Shown here piece by piece: positions 1 through 8,792 of a stretch of DNA of 59,305 nt (the first letter of the stretch is position 1; every line of letters begins with the position of its first letter). Below the pieces are notes generated by a model that saw only the letters and a list, made by a program, of their open reading frames with translations, was not told the origin of the DNA and did not search any database. The position numbers and the translations under genes were made by a program. Origin of the DNA: an uncultured Gammaproteobacteria bacterium (GTDB lineage Bacteria > Patescibacteriota > Microgenomatia > Levybacterales > UBA12049); assembly GCA_964565795.1 (NCBI GenBank), contig CAZMGC010000001.1, forward strand, positions 8,855-68,159, given 5' to 3'.

Positions 1-319
1 GGGTTATATCGACATTTGTTAATGCTTTTGGATCAAATGATAATTCGATTTGCGCTCCGCTTATTTCGTCCCCGTTTGTATTTATGATGACATCGGTTTC
101 ATATTTTCCATTTGCCAACTGCCTTATGTCTTCAGAAACTGCTAGGGAAGTGTGAGCGAAATCAACCTTTACTTCTTTTGGAGTTGACTTTAGAGGGGAA
201 AAACTTTTTGAGGTTAGACTTACTACTAAAAGAACGACAGTTAAAATTACAAGTCCAGCAACAAGAAGCCAAGTTTTATTTAATCCATTTTTCTTAGCGC
301 TGTTCAAATTTTCTTCCAT
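1..319 (-). CDS. Membrane-anchored cohesin-like protein; only the N-terminal 106 codons are visible because the 3' part runs off the window edge
   Basis: Own translation of the minus strand from the ATG (rc of 317-319): MEENLNSAKKNGLNKTWLLVAGLVILTVVLLVVSL...DEISGAQIELSFDPKALTNVDIT. It is a collinear paralogue of ORF 2829..3398, with the same N-terminal TM helix and the same ISGAQIEL.F.P motif. Absent from the ORF track because it is truncated. Confidence 0.6.
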   Translation of the reverse strand, partial: MEENLNSAKKNGLNKTWLLVAGLVILTVVLLVVSLTSKSFSPLKSTPKEVKVDFAHTSLAVSEDIRQLANGKYETDVIINTNGDEISGAQIELSFDPKALTNVDIT

Positions 320-325
320 AGTTAA

Positions 326-354
326 TTATTAGTTTTGTACCCGCCTAATGTCAA
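326..354 (-). promoter_or_regulatory. Putative promoter TTGACA-17-TAATAA, 6 nt upstream of the ATG of the truncated cohesin-like gene
   Basis: rc of 349-354 is TTGACA and rc of 326-331 is TAATAA, with a 17-nt spacer. It starts just after the stop codon of the upstream gene (357-359). Confidence 0.4.
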
Positions 355-356
355 TC

Positions 357-2759
357 TTAATCAGGTAAGATTACGCCTTGCTGATTAGCAAATTCTTTAA
401 GGAAAAGTGTGTAATCATCTTCATTTACGATTCCATTGTCATCTAAATCTGAATAAGATGCATTATTTGGGTTTTGATCGCAAGCTGAAGTGTCCTGAGA
501 ATAAATAGAGCAGGAGAGAAGTACATTGTAATCCATTAGATCGATTCTATTTTCAGAAAGATCTACGTTATTTACATTTCCTGTAACTAAATAAAAGTTT
601 TGAGAATTAAGATTTAATGTCTGACCCTTAGAGATTAAGACTGATCCGGGATATTGACCATATAGATATCTTGGACCTTGAATATAGACATTAAAGTTTC
701 CTCTATCAAGTTCGGACAAGAATGGAATCTCTAGCTGGGATTCAAATTTTTCCGATGATGGGCTGTATGTAAATGTGTGTTCAGAATATTCAGCGAATTT
801 TGTGTTATCGCTGGTATTGTAAAGTTTGATCGTTAAATTTCTATTTTTGTGATCAGGATTTTTATTTCCTCCGATTGGAATTCTAGGGGTTGTTCCAATT
901 CCGTCAATTCCAAGCGTTAAATTCATAAAAGTTCTACCGAAGGTCATGGTAGGGGTTGGGGTTATTTGAGTTGGAGTAGGTGTAATTGTGAATGTTGGCG
1001 TGGGAGAATCACCAATAACATAATATATTTGTCTAGAGCTAAGAAGCTGACCGTTAGATGATTTTAAATTTACTGTAATTCTATTTGTACTTGGTTGTGG
1101 AGCATCAGCGGGAGCTTTAACCCTGACGTTTGTGATTTCTCTTGCGCCCGGCGACAGTTGAAAAGAATTTTTACCGAAGAATGCAGTCCATTGACCAGCA
1201 GGCAGTTCTGCTGAAAGGTTAAAGGTTCTTGCCTGACAAGAGCCAGAATCCGAGTTTGTTACTTCGATTCTGTAATCCGCTTCTTCTCCTGGATCAGCAT
1301 TAATTGAATTAGGTGTTACGCCAAAATTTGGAGTGCGTGTTACGCATTTAGGAGTTGGTGTAGGCGTTGGTTCATCAGCGACCACATTATAAATGGCGTT
1401 GTAAGTTTTTGGTGCGCCTCCTGGTCTTTGTGAAGATACAGTAATTGTTTTAGGCCCGTTTGGAGCGCTTGGTGGAGAAGTAACTCTTAGTTTAGTAGTA
1501 GTGCTTTGTCCTGATGCAATAGATAAAGAGGTTTTATCAAATTTATAAGTCCAGGAATTATTTGTATTATTTAAGATAGAAGCAGATAAATTAAATGTTG
1601 TTTCGGCGCAATTTTTATTGTTATTACCAATTTTAACTGTGTAAACGACTTCTTCTCCTGGTTTTCCAATCCCATTTCCATTATCTGGGGTAACTGTGAT
1701 TGATTCAGGATTCTGTTCACATTTTGGTTCAGGAGTTGGGGGGATCTGAGCATTTCCAAAATTTTTATTAGTTTGAGTATTTCCATTTGAAAGAGCTATA
1801 GAGTAAGAAGCGTTATTTAATGGTAGGGTTTGTTGCCATCCTGTTTTTATGGTTTGTTTAACCGTATATGATCCGTCGCAAAGGTCCGTGAATGAATAAG
1901 CACCATTGGTGTCGGACGTATCAGCTTTTTTGGTTCCTCCAGGAAGAGTGAGTTCTACATTCCAACCTGATAAATTTTGTTCTCCGGAATCAAGCGTTGC
2001 ATTTTTATTCAAGTCATTAAATACCACTCCGCTAATAGTTCCTTTTGCAATGATTTGAGAAATTTTGTCATAAATTGTATTAAGATCATCACTTGTTGGG
2101 CTTGCATAATATCTGCCACCGGTTACACTTGCCATCTTTTTTAAGAAGTCCGCATTAATCTGATCGCCAACTCCAATTGTAAATATAATAGTTCCCTGGG
2201 TTTGATGTGCATTTTTAGCCTCAGCAATAGCTTTATTTTCTGCTACTGTCGTATTCACTTTATCTGGGCTACCTTGAATCACATTTGCTTTTCCATCTGT
2301 AAGTAGGATTATTACTTTTTTAGTGTTTGTTCTTCCGTTTTGTTTTAGATTAATAAAGCCTTTATAAATTCCACACTCGATGCATGTTTCGCCCTCAGGT
2401 GTGAGAGAGCCAATTTCTGTTTTTGCGGATTCCCAGTTGTTAGTAAGGGTTCTATCAATTGTTCCTAGATTAGCATAAGAAGAGACTCCAACTCTGTTTC
2501 TGGAATCTTTCGCTAATATATCTACGAATCTTCTAGCCGCTGATTTGGCTTTAGACATTTTTGTACCTGTTGTACCTGAAATTGTATTTTTCATGCTTCC
2601 AGAGCGATCTAGGACAAGCACAACGTCACTTGGAGAATTTCCACACGTGGCAGCTGGATTAACTTGAGCTGAAGCTTCATTTTTTTTAAATTGATAGAAA
2701 ATACCAGCAATTAAAAAAATTATTGAGAGAAGAAAAAACTTTGCGAGCTTGGATTTCAT
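357..2759 (-). CDS. Secreted multidomain surface protein: vWA domain, SdrD-B/Cna-B-like domain, two NEW3/CARDB-like beta-sandwich repeats, conserved C-terminal module ending in a dockerin-like segment
   Basis: 800-aa ORF. N-terminal hydrophobic signal (FFLLSIIFLIAGIFY). vWA MIDAS motif VVLVLDRSGSM. ISGVVFNDLNKNATLDSGE...GSYTVKQ resembles SdrD-B. Two ~120-aa Cys-bracketed repeats (C..TP.F.VTP...PGEE..Y.I.V.N...C..R.F.LSA.LP..W). Two Ca-loop-like motifs at the C-terminus: DLSENRIDLMDYN and DLDDNGIVNEDDYTLF. Confidence 0.85.
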   Translation of the reverse strand: MKSKLAKFFLLSIIFLIAGIFYQFKKNEASAQVNPAATCGNSPSDVVLVLDRSGSMKNTISGTTGTKMSKAKSAARRFVDILAKDSRNRVGVSSYANLGTIDRTLTNNWESAKTEIGSLTPEGETCIECGIYKGFINLKQNGRTNTKKVIILLTDGKANVIQGSPDKVNTTVAENKAIAEAKNAHQTQGTIIFTIGVGDQINADFLKKMASVTGGRYYASPTSDDLNTIYDKISQIIAKGTISGVVFNDLNKNATLDSGEQNLSGWNVELTLPGGTKKADTSDTNGAYSFTDLCDGSYTVKQTIKTGWQQTLPLNNASYSIALSNGNTQTNKNFGNAQIPPTPEPKCEQNPESITVTPDNGNGIGKPGEEVVYTVKIGNNNKNCAETTFNLSASILNNTNNSWTYKFDKTSLSIASGQSTTTKLRVTSPPSAPNGPKTITVSSQRPGGAPKTYNAIYNVVADEPTPTPTPKCVTRTPNFGVTPNSINADPGEEADYRIEVTNSDSGSCQARTFNLSAELPAGQWTAFFGKNSFQLSPGAREITNVRVKAPADAPQPSTNRITVNLKSSNGQLLSSRQIYYVIGDSPTPTFTITPTPTQITPTPTMTFGRTFMNLTLGIDGIGTTPRIPIGGNKNPDHKNRNLTIKLYNTSDNTKFAEYSEHTFTYSPSSEKFESQLEIPFLSELDRGNFNVYIQGPRYLYGQYPGSVLISKGQTLNLNSQNFYLVTGNVNNVDLSENRIDLMDYNVLLSCSIYSQDTSACDQNPNNASYSDLDDNGIVNEDDYTLFLKEFANQQGVILPD

Positions 2760-2776
2760 ATAAAAGCGCTATTCTC

Positions 2777-2805
2777 AGATTATTATAGTACGTTTCCCAT
2801 GTCAA
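2777..2805 (-). promoter_or_regulatory. Putative promoter TTGACA-17-TAATCT for the 800-aa surface protein gene (17-nt leader)
   Basis: rc of 2800-2805 is TTGACA and rc of 2777-2782 is TAATCT. It shares the 16-nt block TACTATAATAATCTGA with the promoter at 6830-6858. Confidence 0.55.
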
Positions 2806-2828
2806 GACTACTGAGAGTTTATAAAAGT

Positions 2829-3398
2829 TTATGGGATATCAGCGGAGATTGTTTCTTTAAGGATCGATTGATTAAGTCCAGTTGTTGAGACCTGGGAAGT
2901 AGGCAGGAATCCTATGTTTGTAGGCTCTTGACTCGTTTTAGTAAAACTTAAAGTAGCTATAACACCTGTTCCATCTATTGTTTCGTCTCCTGGTTTTATG
3001 GCTATTATATATCTTATTACTCCGTTAGTTGTGTCGATAGTTTTAGTTAATACAGTTGGGTTGCTAAGGAAATTTCCAGGAGTAATGTCTACGTTAGTCA
3101 AAAGTGTAGGTTCAAAAGCTAGTTCTATTTGTGCTCCACTAATTTTGTTCCCATTTGTGTTAATTACGATATCGGTTTCGTATGTGGATTCACTCGTGCT
3201 TCTAATATCTTCTGAGACGGAAAGAGAAGTGTTAGCTTCTGCAATCTGTTGATTATTCCCATTTTTGGAAATAAGATTTAGTCCCTTGGAGGAAAGTAAA
3301 ATAATTATTGGAGCAGCAATTAAAATTATTAATCCGGCGACCAAAAGCCACTTTTTATTAGATTCATTTCTTATTGTATTTGTAGAATTTTTTTCCAT
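2829..3398 (-). CDS. Membrane-anchored cohesin-like protein
   Basis: 189-aa ORF with one N-terminal TM helix (WLLVAGLIILIAAPIIILL). This is followed by a beta-rich domain with cohesin-like signature ISGAQIELAFEPTLLTNVDITPGNF...GVIATLSFTKT. Its start lies 1 nt after the stop of the upstream dockerin-bearing gene. Confidence 0.7.
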   Translation of the reverse strand: MEKNSTNTIRNESNKKWLLVAGLIILIAAPIIILLSSKGLNLISKNGNNQQIAEANTSLSVSEDIRSTSESTYETDIVINTNGNKISGAQIELAFEPTLLTNVDITPGNFLSNPTVLTKTIDTTNGVIRYIIAIKPGDETIDGTGVIATLSFTKTSQEPTNIGFLPTSQVSTTGLNQSILKETISADIP

Positions 3399-3399
3399 A

Positions 3400-6300
3400 T
3401 TATTCAGGTAGAATTACGCCTTGTTGGTTTGCGAATTCTTTAAGGAAAAGTGTGTAATCATCTTCGTTCACAAATCCGTCATCGTTTAGATCTGTGTATT
3501 TTTCATTATTTTCATCTGCGTCGCATGCGGATCTATTCTGTGAGTAAACAGAGCAGGAAAGTAAAAGATTATAATCCATTAAATCGATTCTGTTTTCAGA
3601 GAGGTCTGTGTTATTAACATTTCCTGTTATTAAATAGAAATTATTTGAAGTTAAGTCTGTAACTTGTCCTTGAGTGATTGAGAATGACCCCGGATATTGG
3701 TTAGTTAAATATCCTGGGCCGTCAACATAAATATTATATGAGCCATTAGGAAGATTTTCTACAGATGGGAGGTCATACAGTAATTCAAATTTTTCACTAT
3801 TTTGATTGTATGTAAACGTAATATTCGTTCCTGTGAAGCTAAGAGTATTTGTAATAGTATTATAGATTTTGAAATTTAAACCCCTCCAAATATTAGTAGG
3901 ATTTTTATTTCCGCCAATTGGAATTCTAGGAGTAGATCCAATCCCATCGATTCCAATTCTAAAATTTAAGTATGTTTTTCCAGGAATTGGCGTAATTTGA
4001 TCTTGTACGAGATAAACTGCAACGATTGAGGAAATTTCTGTATTGTTTTCAATAAGCTTAAGAACGGTAATATGTTCACCTGTAGTAGAGTTTGATGGAG
4101 AAGTAATTACCACGTTTACATCTCTTGATTCATTCTTGCTAATATTGCTTAGGTTGTCTTGTGATAGGCTTGCGCTCCATCCAGTTGGTGGAGTAGCCTC
4201 GATAGAAAAGGTTCTACCTGCGCAATCTCCTTGATCAATATTTCTTACTGTCACATTATATGTAACTGCTTCACTAGGATTTCCTGTTTTTGTTTGTGGT
4301 GTGATGCTAAATTCTGGATTGTTTTGAACGCATTCATTTGTTTGATCTCCTGGTACAACATAGGCAATATCTTTGGTTGCAATTATTGTATTATTAGGGT
4401 TTTTAATATTTAAAGTTATTTTTTTAGTGCCTGCAGTTGCATTAGTAGGGGATTTTATTTTAACATTTGTAATTTGCTTATCGCCTTGAGCGAGTTCGAA
4501 TGGACTATTTTTCCCAAAAGTAGCTTCCCAATTGGTATTTGGTAAATTAGCAGTAAGCGATAGTGTTTTTGGTGAGCATTCGCCAGTATCTTTATTTAGT
4601 ATTTCGATACTATAACTTGCTTCCTGTCCTGGATTTGCTTCTTGGGAATCTGGAGTAACTGTAAATTCTGGATCTTTTCTAGTACAGGTTGTTGGTGTGT
4701 CAGTAGGATTAGCCACATTGACAGTATAAGTTGCATTTACTTGAACTTGTGCTGTTGTCTGGCCTTCACGTCTTACTCCCAGTGTAAATGTTTTTGGGCC
4801 CTGTGTAGCTCCATTTGGAGATTTAACCTTAAATGTAGTTGATTTATTTCCGCCATTTTTTGAGATACTGCTTAGCGTGTTGTCAGTAAAACTTGCGGTC
4901 CAATTATCGTTTGGTAATCGTTCTTTTGAAAGGACAAAACTTACAGGATTACATGCTTCACCTTTATCATTGTTAGTAACTTTTACACTGTATTCTCTCT
5001 CATCTCCTGGATTTCCGTTTCTGCTATTTGGCGTTATGTCTAAAGTTGGAGCATTCTTGTCGCAGGTTGGTTGAGGTGTTGTAGATGTTCCGCCTCCAGT
5101 TCCTCCTCCAGACTTGGTCGTTTCGTATGAATCCTGAACAATGTTATTACCTTCATTGGTTTCGGAGATTTTTCCTTCTGAATCTACAAAAGCCACTGCC
5201 TTATATTTTCCAGCTGCTGGTCTTGGCATGCCAGTAAAATGACTTGATAGATCGATCTCTTCATTTGCAGATACGACCTGGGTAACGGTCCATAATTTAA
5301 CTGCGCCTCCATCTCTATTTATAACTCTAACTTTAAAATCACCAGTTATTTGAGTATTTCCGATATTTTTAATCTTTACAGTAGGGTTAGAGTTTCCAGT
5401 GTCTACGCCGCCAGGGAAGTTAAAAGCAGAGATTACTAGATCTTTAGTAGCGCCATTAGCTTGTGTTTTTTTAATACCAAAGTTAACTGTATTATTTGCG
5501 CTGAATGTTTTAGAACTACCATCAACGCTTGCTGTGATAGCATTACCACCTACAAAATCTTGATAATTTAATTTAGTGGCAGTATATCCAGATGGAACTA
5601 TTAATCTTACGTTTACTTGACTTGCAGTAGTGGTTCTTTTTAGATCATATGCAAATCCAGTAAGTGTACTGTTAACCGTACTGTCTGCTTGAACAATGTA
5701 TGGGTCTTTATAGAAGAGTTCAGTGTCTCCTTTTCTTCCGTTTCCATCTTCATCTATAAATACGTATCCAGTAAATGAGAGCGTTTTTTGATTTGCTCTA
5801 GTTTCGCATTTGTTTGATGAATTACAAAATTGACCCGAAGTACAATTTTTTAGATTTGAAGTGGTGCATTGTACGCATTTTCCGATACTGCAAATTCCCG
5901 AAGAGCAAACATCAGTAGCGTTAGGTGTGCAGTCCTGAGGTGTCGTAGCTGTTTCTTTACAAGTAGAGAATCCTGGTCTATCTGTAAATGTTCTAGTTTG
6001 AGTTCCAGCAATTGAGCTACATGCAGATCCATTTCCTTGAGGTCTTCCTGATTTTGGTTCACATTTTCCTAGCTTTACTGCGGTAGTGCAATTAGGTGTA
6101 CTGACACAGGTGTGTGTATTTGTATTACAGGAATTTCCGTTTCCGCAACCTCCGCACGCTAAACTTGTTCCGCCGACTGTAAATGTTCCGCAGTAATTAT
6201 TTTGCCTACAAAGGCTTTGTTTATATGTTGTTAAGTCAGAGCATCTGTCTGTAGTAGGCGCACAATATTTAAATGTGGCATTTGAAGAGCACTGACTATT

Positions 6301-6816
6301 TGATGAACATTTTATGCAGTTGGTTGTAACACTTTCATTGCAGTATGGTTTAATTCCGAAAACAATTTGCTTATGTCCCGCAGTAATATTAGCAGTTTTT
6401 GAGTTATCTCTTTTTGTATCAGACGAAGTAAAATTATAAATATATATAAAGTTTAAATCTCTGTTTGGTGCTGTCAGTGTAATTCGGAAATAATCTTCTC
6501 CAAGTTCGTATAAATCTGGATCATTTACTCGCAAGGTAACAGAAGTATTTAAAAATGAACTAACGCAATTTTCTTGCGAGTCTTTAGAAATCGTTCGAGT
6601 TCCTGATGCATCCGTAATAGTGACTTTAAATGTACCATCATAGCAATGATCCGTATTTGTAGTATTAAAATTTCGATTACCATTATCCATAACAGCACCT
6701 ATGTTTAGATTGTAGCTAGCTGCTTGGGCTTTTCCGATAAAGTTAGCTTGAGAGCCAATTAAAAATAGGAAAGAAAGAGAAAATAAAAAGAATAAAAACT
6801 TTTTCACAGTAAACAT
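3400..6816 (-). CDS. Giant secreted surface protein: Cys-rich module, SdrD-B-like domain, CARDB domain, three NEW3/CARDB-like repeats, conserved C-terminal module with dockerin-like end
   Basis: 1138-aa ORF with signal peptide (FLFFLFSLSFLFLIGSQA). About 36 Cys between residues ~160 and ~345. CARDB-like segment DLVISAFNFPGG..PTVKIKNIGNT...ETNEGNN. Three Cys-bracketed ~120-aa repeats. The C-terminal ~190 aa align with the 800-aa protein, including DLSENRIDLMDYN and DLNDDGFVNEDDYTLFLKEFANQQGVILPE. Confidence 0.85.
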   Translation of the reverse strand: MFTVKKFLFFLFSLSFLFLIGSQANFIGKAQAASYNLNIGAVMDNGNRNFNTTNTDHCYDGTFKVTITDASGTRTISKDSQENCVSSFLNTSVTLRVNDPDLYELGEDYFRITLTAPNRDLNFIYIYNFTSSDTKRDNSKTANITAGHKQIVFGIKPYCNESVTTNCIKCSSNSQCSSNATFKYCAPTTDRCSDLTTYKQSLCRQNNYCGTFTVGGTSLACGGCGNGNSCNTNTHTCVSTPNCTTAVKLGKCEPKSGRPQGNGSACSSIAGTQTRTFTDRPGFSTCKETATTPQDCTPNATDVCSSGICSIGKCVQCTTSNLKNCTSGQFCNSSNKCETRANQKTLSFTGYVFIDEDGNGRKGDTELFYKDPYIVQADSTVNSTLTGFAYDLKRTTTASQVNVRLIVPSGYTATKLNYQDFVGGNAITASVDGSSKTFSANNTVNFGIKKTQANGATKDLVISAFNFPGGVDTGNSNPTVKIKNIGNTQITGDFKVRVINRDGGAVKLWTVTQVVSANEEIDLSSHFTGMPRPAAGKYKAVAFVDSEGKISETNEGNNIVQDSYETTKSGGGTGGGTSTTPQPTCDKNAPTLDITPNSRNGNPGDEREYSVKVTNNDKGEACNPVSFVLSKERLPNDNWTASFTDNTLSSISKNGGNKSTTFKVKSPNGATQGPKTFTLGVRREGQTTAQVQVNATYTVNVANPTDTPTTCTRKDPEFTVTPDSQEANPGQEASYSIEILNKDTGECSPKTLSLTANLPNTNWEATFGKNSPFELAQGDKQITNVKIKSPTNATAGTKKITLNIKNPNNTIIATKDIAYVVPGDQTNECVQNNPEFSITPQTKTGNPSEAVTYNVTVRNIDQGDCAGRTFSIEATPPTGWSASLSQDNLSNISKNESRDVNVVITSPSNSTTGEHITVLKLIENNTEISSIVAVYLVQDQITPIPGKTYLNFRIGIDGIGSTPRIPIGGNKNPTNIWRGLNFKIYNTITNTLSFTGTNITFTYNQNSEKFELLYDLPSVENLPNGSYNIYVDGPGYLTNQYPGSFSITQGQVTDLTSNNFYLITGNVNNTDLSENRIDLMDYNLLLSCSVYSQNRSACDADENNEKYTDLNDDGFVNEDDYTLFLKEFANQQGVILPE

Positions 6817-6829
6817 ACCGCTTACAATC

Positions 6830-6858
6830 AGATTATTATAGTATTAAGATTGTGTCAA
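6830..6858 (-). promoter_or_regulatory. Putative promoter TTGACA-17-TAATCT for the 1138-aa gene plus its cohesin partner (13-nt leader)
   Basis: rc of 6853-6858 is TTGACA and rc of 6830-6835 is TAATCT, with a 17-nt spacer. Confidence 0.6.
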
Positions 6859-6910
6859 TACTCGGAATTTTCCTCTTCCAAAAATATTTTTTTAGTGCTA
6901 AACTTTTGAC

Positions 6911-7480
6911 ATGATTTTATCTGACGGGGATATAAAAAAAGCCCTCAAAGAGAAGAGAATCGAAATAACCCCAACTCCAGATTTTTCAACACAACTTGGA
7001 AGCTGTTCAGTTGATCTTCGCCTAGGAGATACATTTAGAGTTTTTGAACATTCTAAATACAGTTTTATAGATCCTTCTAAAAAAGATTTTTCTAATGAAA
7101 TTACCCGCGAAATAAAAATTAAAAAAGGAGATGTTTTTATGATGCAGCCTGGAGATTTCGTCCTGGCAGTGACGCTTGAAAAAGTAAAAATCCCGCCTGA
7201 TCTTATGGGGCGTCTTGAAGGTCGATCTTCGCTTGGACGTCTAGGAATTGTAGTGCATTCTACAGCTTCAATTTTTGATCCTGGGTGGGATGGAAAACCA
7301 GTTCTTGAGCTGGGAAATCTGGGGAGAATGGCTGTGTCTTTAACTGTCGGGATGAGAATTTGTGCTATGACTTTTGAAGAACTATCAAGTCCTGCAGAAA
7401 CTCCATACACTTCTAAAAAATTCGCAAAATATAAATTTCAAGACACCCCAATTGAAAGCCGAATTCACGAAGAAAAATGA
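6911..7480 (+). CDS. dcd: dCTP deaminase
   Basis: 189 aa. MILSDGDIKKAL...SVDLRLG...GRLEGRSSLGRLGIVVH...DPGW.G...LEL.N is the typical Dcd/dUTPase-fold signature. Confidence 0.9.
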   Translation: MILSDGDIKKALKEKRIEITPTPDFSTQLGSCSVDLRLGDTFRVFEHSKYSFIDPSKKDFSNEITREIKIKKGDVFMMQPGDFVLAVTLEKVKIPPDLMGRLEGRSSLGRLGIVVHSTASIFDPGWDGKPVLELGNLGRMAVSLTVGMRICAMTFEELSSPAETPYTSKKFAKYKFQDTPIESRIHEEK

Positions 7481-8157
7481 AATATCATATAGAGTTTGAT
7501 CTGGAATTAAAGAAGAATCCGTATAAAGGGTTATATATTGCCTTAGAGGGAACTGAAGCTTCTGGAAAAACGACTCAAGCTGAAAAATTAAAAGAATATT
7601 TTGAATCAAAGGGAAAACGGGTGGTAACCACAAGAGAACCAAGAAAAGAAGGAATAATTGGAGATATAGTTCATAAGGTTCTTAAGGGTGAACTCCAGAT
7701 GGATTCTTCGGCTTTTCAATATCTTTTTTCTACCGATAGAGTTCTTAATCACAGAGAAGTAGTTGTGCCAGCTTTAGAATTAGGCAGGGTTGTTATTTCA
7801 GACAGGAGTTTTTGGTCTGCAATTGTTTATGGGGTTTTGGATAAAACGGAAGGGGAATATAAAAAAGAAGCAATAGATCAGCTTTTGGTTGCGCAATCCA
7901 TATTATCTTTTTATCATCAATTTATAGTTCCCGATTACACCTTTTTCTTAAAAATTCCTCTTAATCTTTCCATCGAGAGATTACAAAATGAAAGAAAACA
8001 GGCGAAAGAGATTTATGAAGATGAAGGAAAAATTGAAAAAATTATTAAGGGTTATGAATTTGTATTTAAAAATTTTGAAAATGAAATTATAACCATTGAT
8101 GGATCAGCGGATATTGATACTGTTTCTAAGGAAATTATTGGTAAAATTAAACTATGA
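7477..8157 (+). CDS. tmk: Thymidylate (dTMP) kinase
   Basis: P-loop LYIALEGTEASGKTTQ and TREP..G motif. ATGA overlap with the dcd stop. Confidence 0.9.
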   Translation: MKYHIEFDLELKKNPYKGLYIALEGTEASGKTTQAEKLKEYFESKGKRVVTTREPRKEGIIGDIVHKVLKGELQMDSSAFQYLFSTDRVLNHREVVVPALELGRVVISDRSFWSAIVYGVLDKTEGEYKKEAIDQLLVAQSILSFYHQFIVPDYTFFLKIPLNLSIERLQNERKQAKEIYEDEGKIEKIIKGYEFVFKNFENEIITIDGSADIDTVSKEIIGKIKL

Positions 8158-8221
8158 ACATAAATCCAAACCCTCCTTCGCATAAAGCTTCGGAAGGGCA
8201 AGAGAATTATTAAATATTAAT

Positions 8222-8761
8222 ATGATATTAAATCCGAAAATATTATTAGAGCTAGTTAAAAAAGAAAAGTTGGTTGAAAACTTATCTGAAAGAGAACTCA
8301 CAAATCCAGAGGGAACAGGGTTTGACTTGCGATTAGGAGAGGTTTTTAAGATTTCTGGGAAAGCTTTTTTAGGAGAAACTCACAGACAGACTCCAGATAT
8401 AACTTCAGTTAAAGTTTATGACCCAAAAAAACCCAGTAGTATAAAAATAAAACCCGGGGATTTTTTTTTAGTAAAAACAATTGAGAAAATAAATTTGCCT
8501 CTTAATTTATCTGCAGTAATTTTACCTCGCACCACAACATTCCGTTCGGGTTTGTTTATCCGCACCGGACCCATTCAGCCAGGTTACAGTGGTGAGTTGA
8601 CGTTTGGTTTGAAGAACGAGGGTCCTATCACAGTCGAAATCGAAATGGGAGCGCGTTTTACGCATCTTATATTCCACGAAATAAAAGGAGAGGGGTCTAA
8701 ATATAGAGGCCAATGGCAAGGCGGCCGCGTTAGTGCCACAAAAAGAGAAAAACAGGTATGA
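8222..8761 (+). CDS. Second dCTP deaminase/dUTPase-superfamily protein (candidate dUTP-to-dUMP step)
   Basis: 179 aa. GFDLRLGEVF...PGDFFLV.T.E.I.LP..L.A...PR.T..R.GL......I.PGY.G.L.F.L.N matches the dUTPase/Dcd fold pattern. Diverged from the first copy. Confidence 0.75.
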   Translation: MILNPKILLELVKKEKLVENLSERELTNPEGTGFDLRLGEVFKISGKAFLGETHRQTPDITSVKVYDPKKPSSIKIKPGDFFLVKTIEKINLPLNLSAVILPRTTTFRSGLFIRTGPIQPGYSGELTFGLKNEGPITVEIEMGARFTHLIFHEIKGEGSKYRGQWQGGRVSATKREKQV

Positions 8762-8792
8762 AATACTACCAATGTCAAATACTACAAATATT
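8762..8792 (+). repeat. Left repeat arm (two copies of AATACTAC[C/A]AAT); contains the ATG of the four-helix-bundle gene
   Basis: 29/31 nt identical to 19370-19400. Begins 1 nt after the stop codon of ORF 8222..8761. Confidence 0.8.

Noticed and set aside
6898-7410. 170-aa minus-strand ORF fully antisense to dcd
   Set aside because: It overlaps a strongly motif-supported dcd gene. Its product (SRRPIRSGG..., PSRR-rich) looks like a typical shadow frame of a conserved gene. It has no promoter or start context.
8158-8221. Hairpin-like CCCTCC...GGAAGGG after tmk as an intrinsic terminator
   Set aside because: The stem needs a bulge and mismatches, and no U-tract follows. The evidence is too weak to annotate.
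6911-8761. Two dCTP-deaminase-fold genes acting as an anti-phage nucleotide-depletion defence system
   Set aside because: Both are short single-domain proteins embedded in a coherent dTMP biosynthesis operon (tmk, thyA, folA, glyA). A biosynthetic role is the simpler explanation.
8733-8771. Upstream extension of the four-helix-bundle ORF (track start 8733)
   Set aside because: It would overlap the preceding gene by 29 nt and add a non-homologous N-terminus. The ATG at 8772 sits just after the upstream stop and gives a protein of the length usual for this family.
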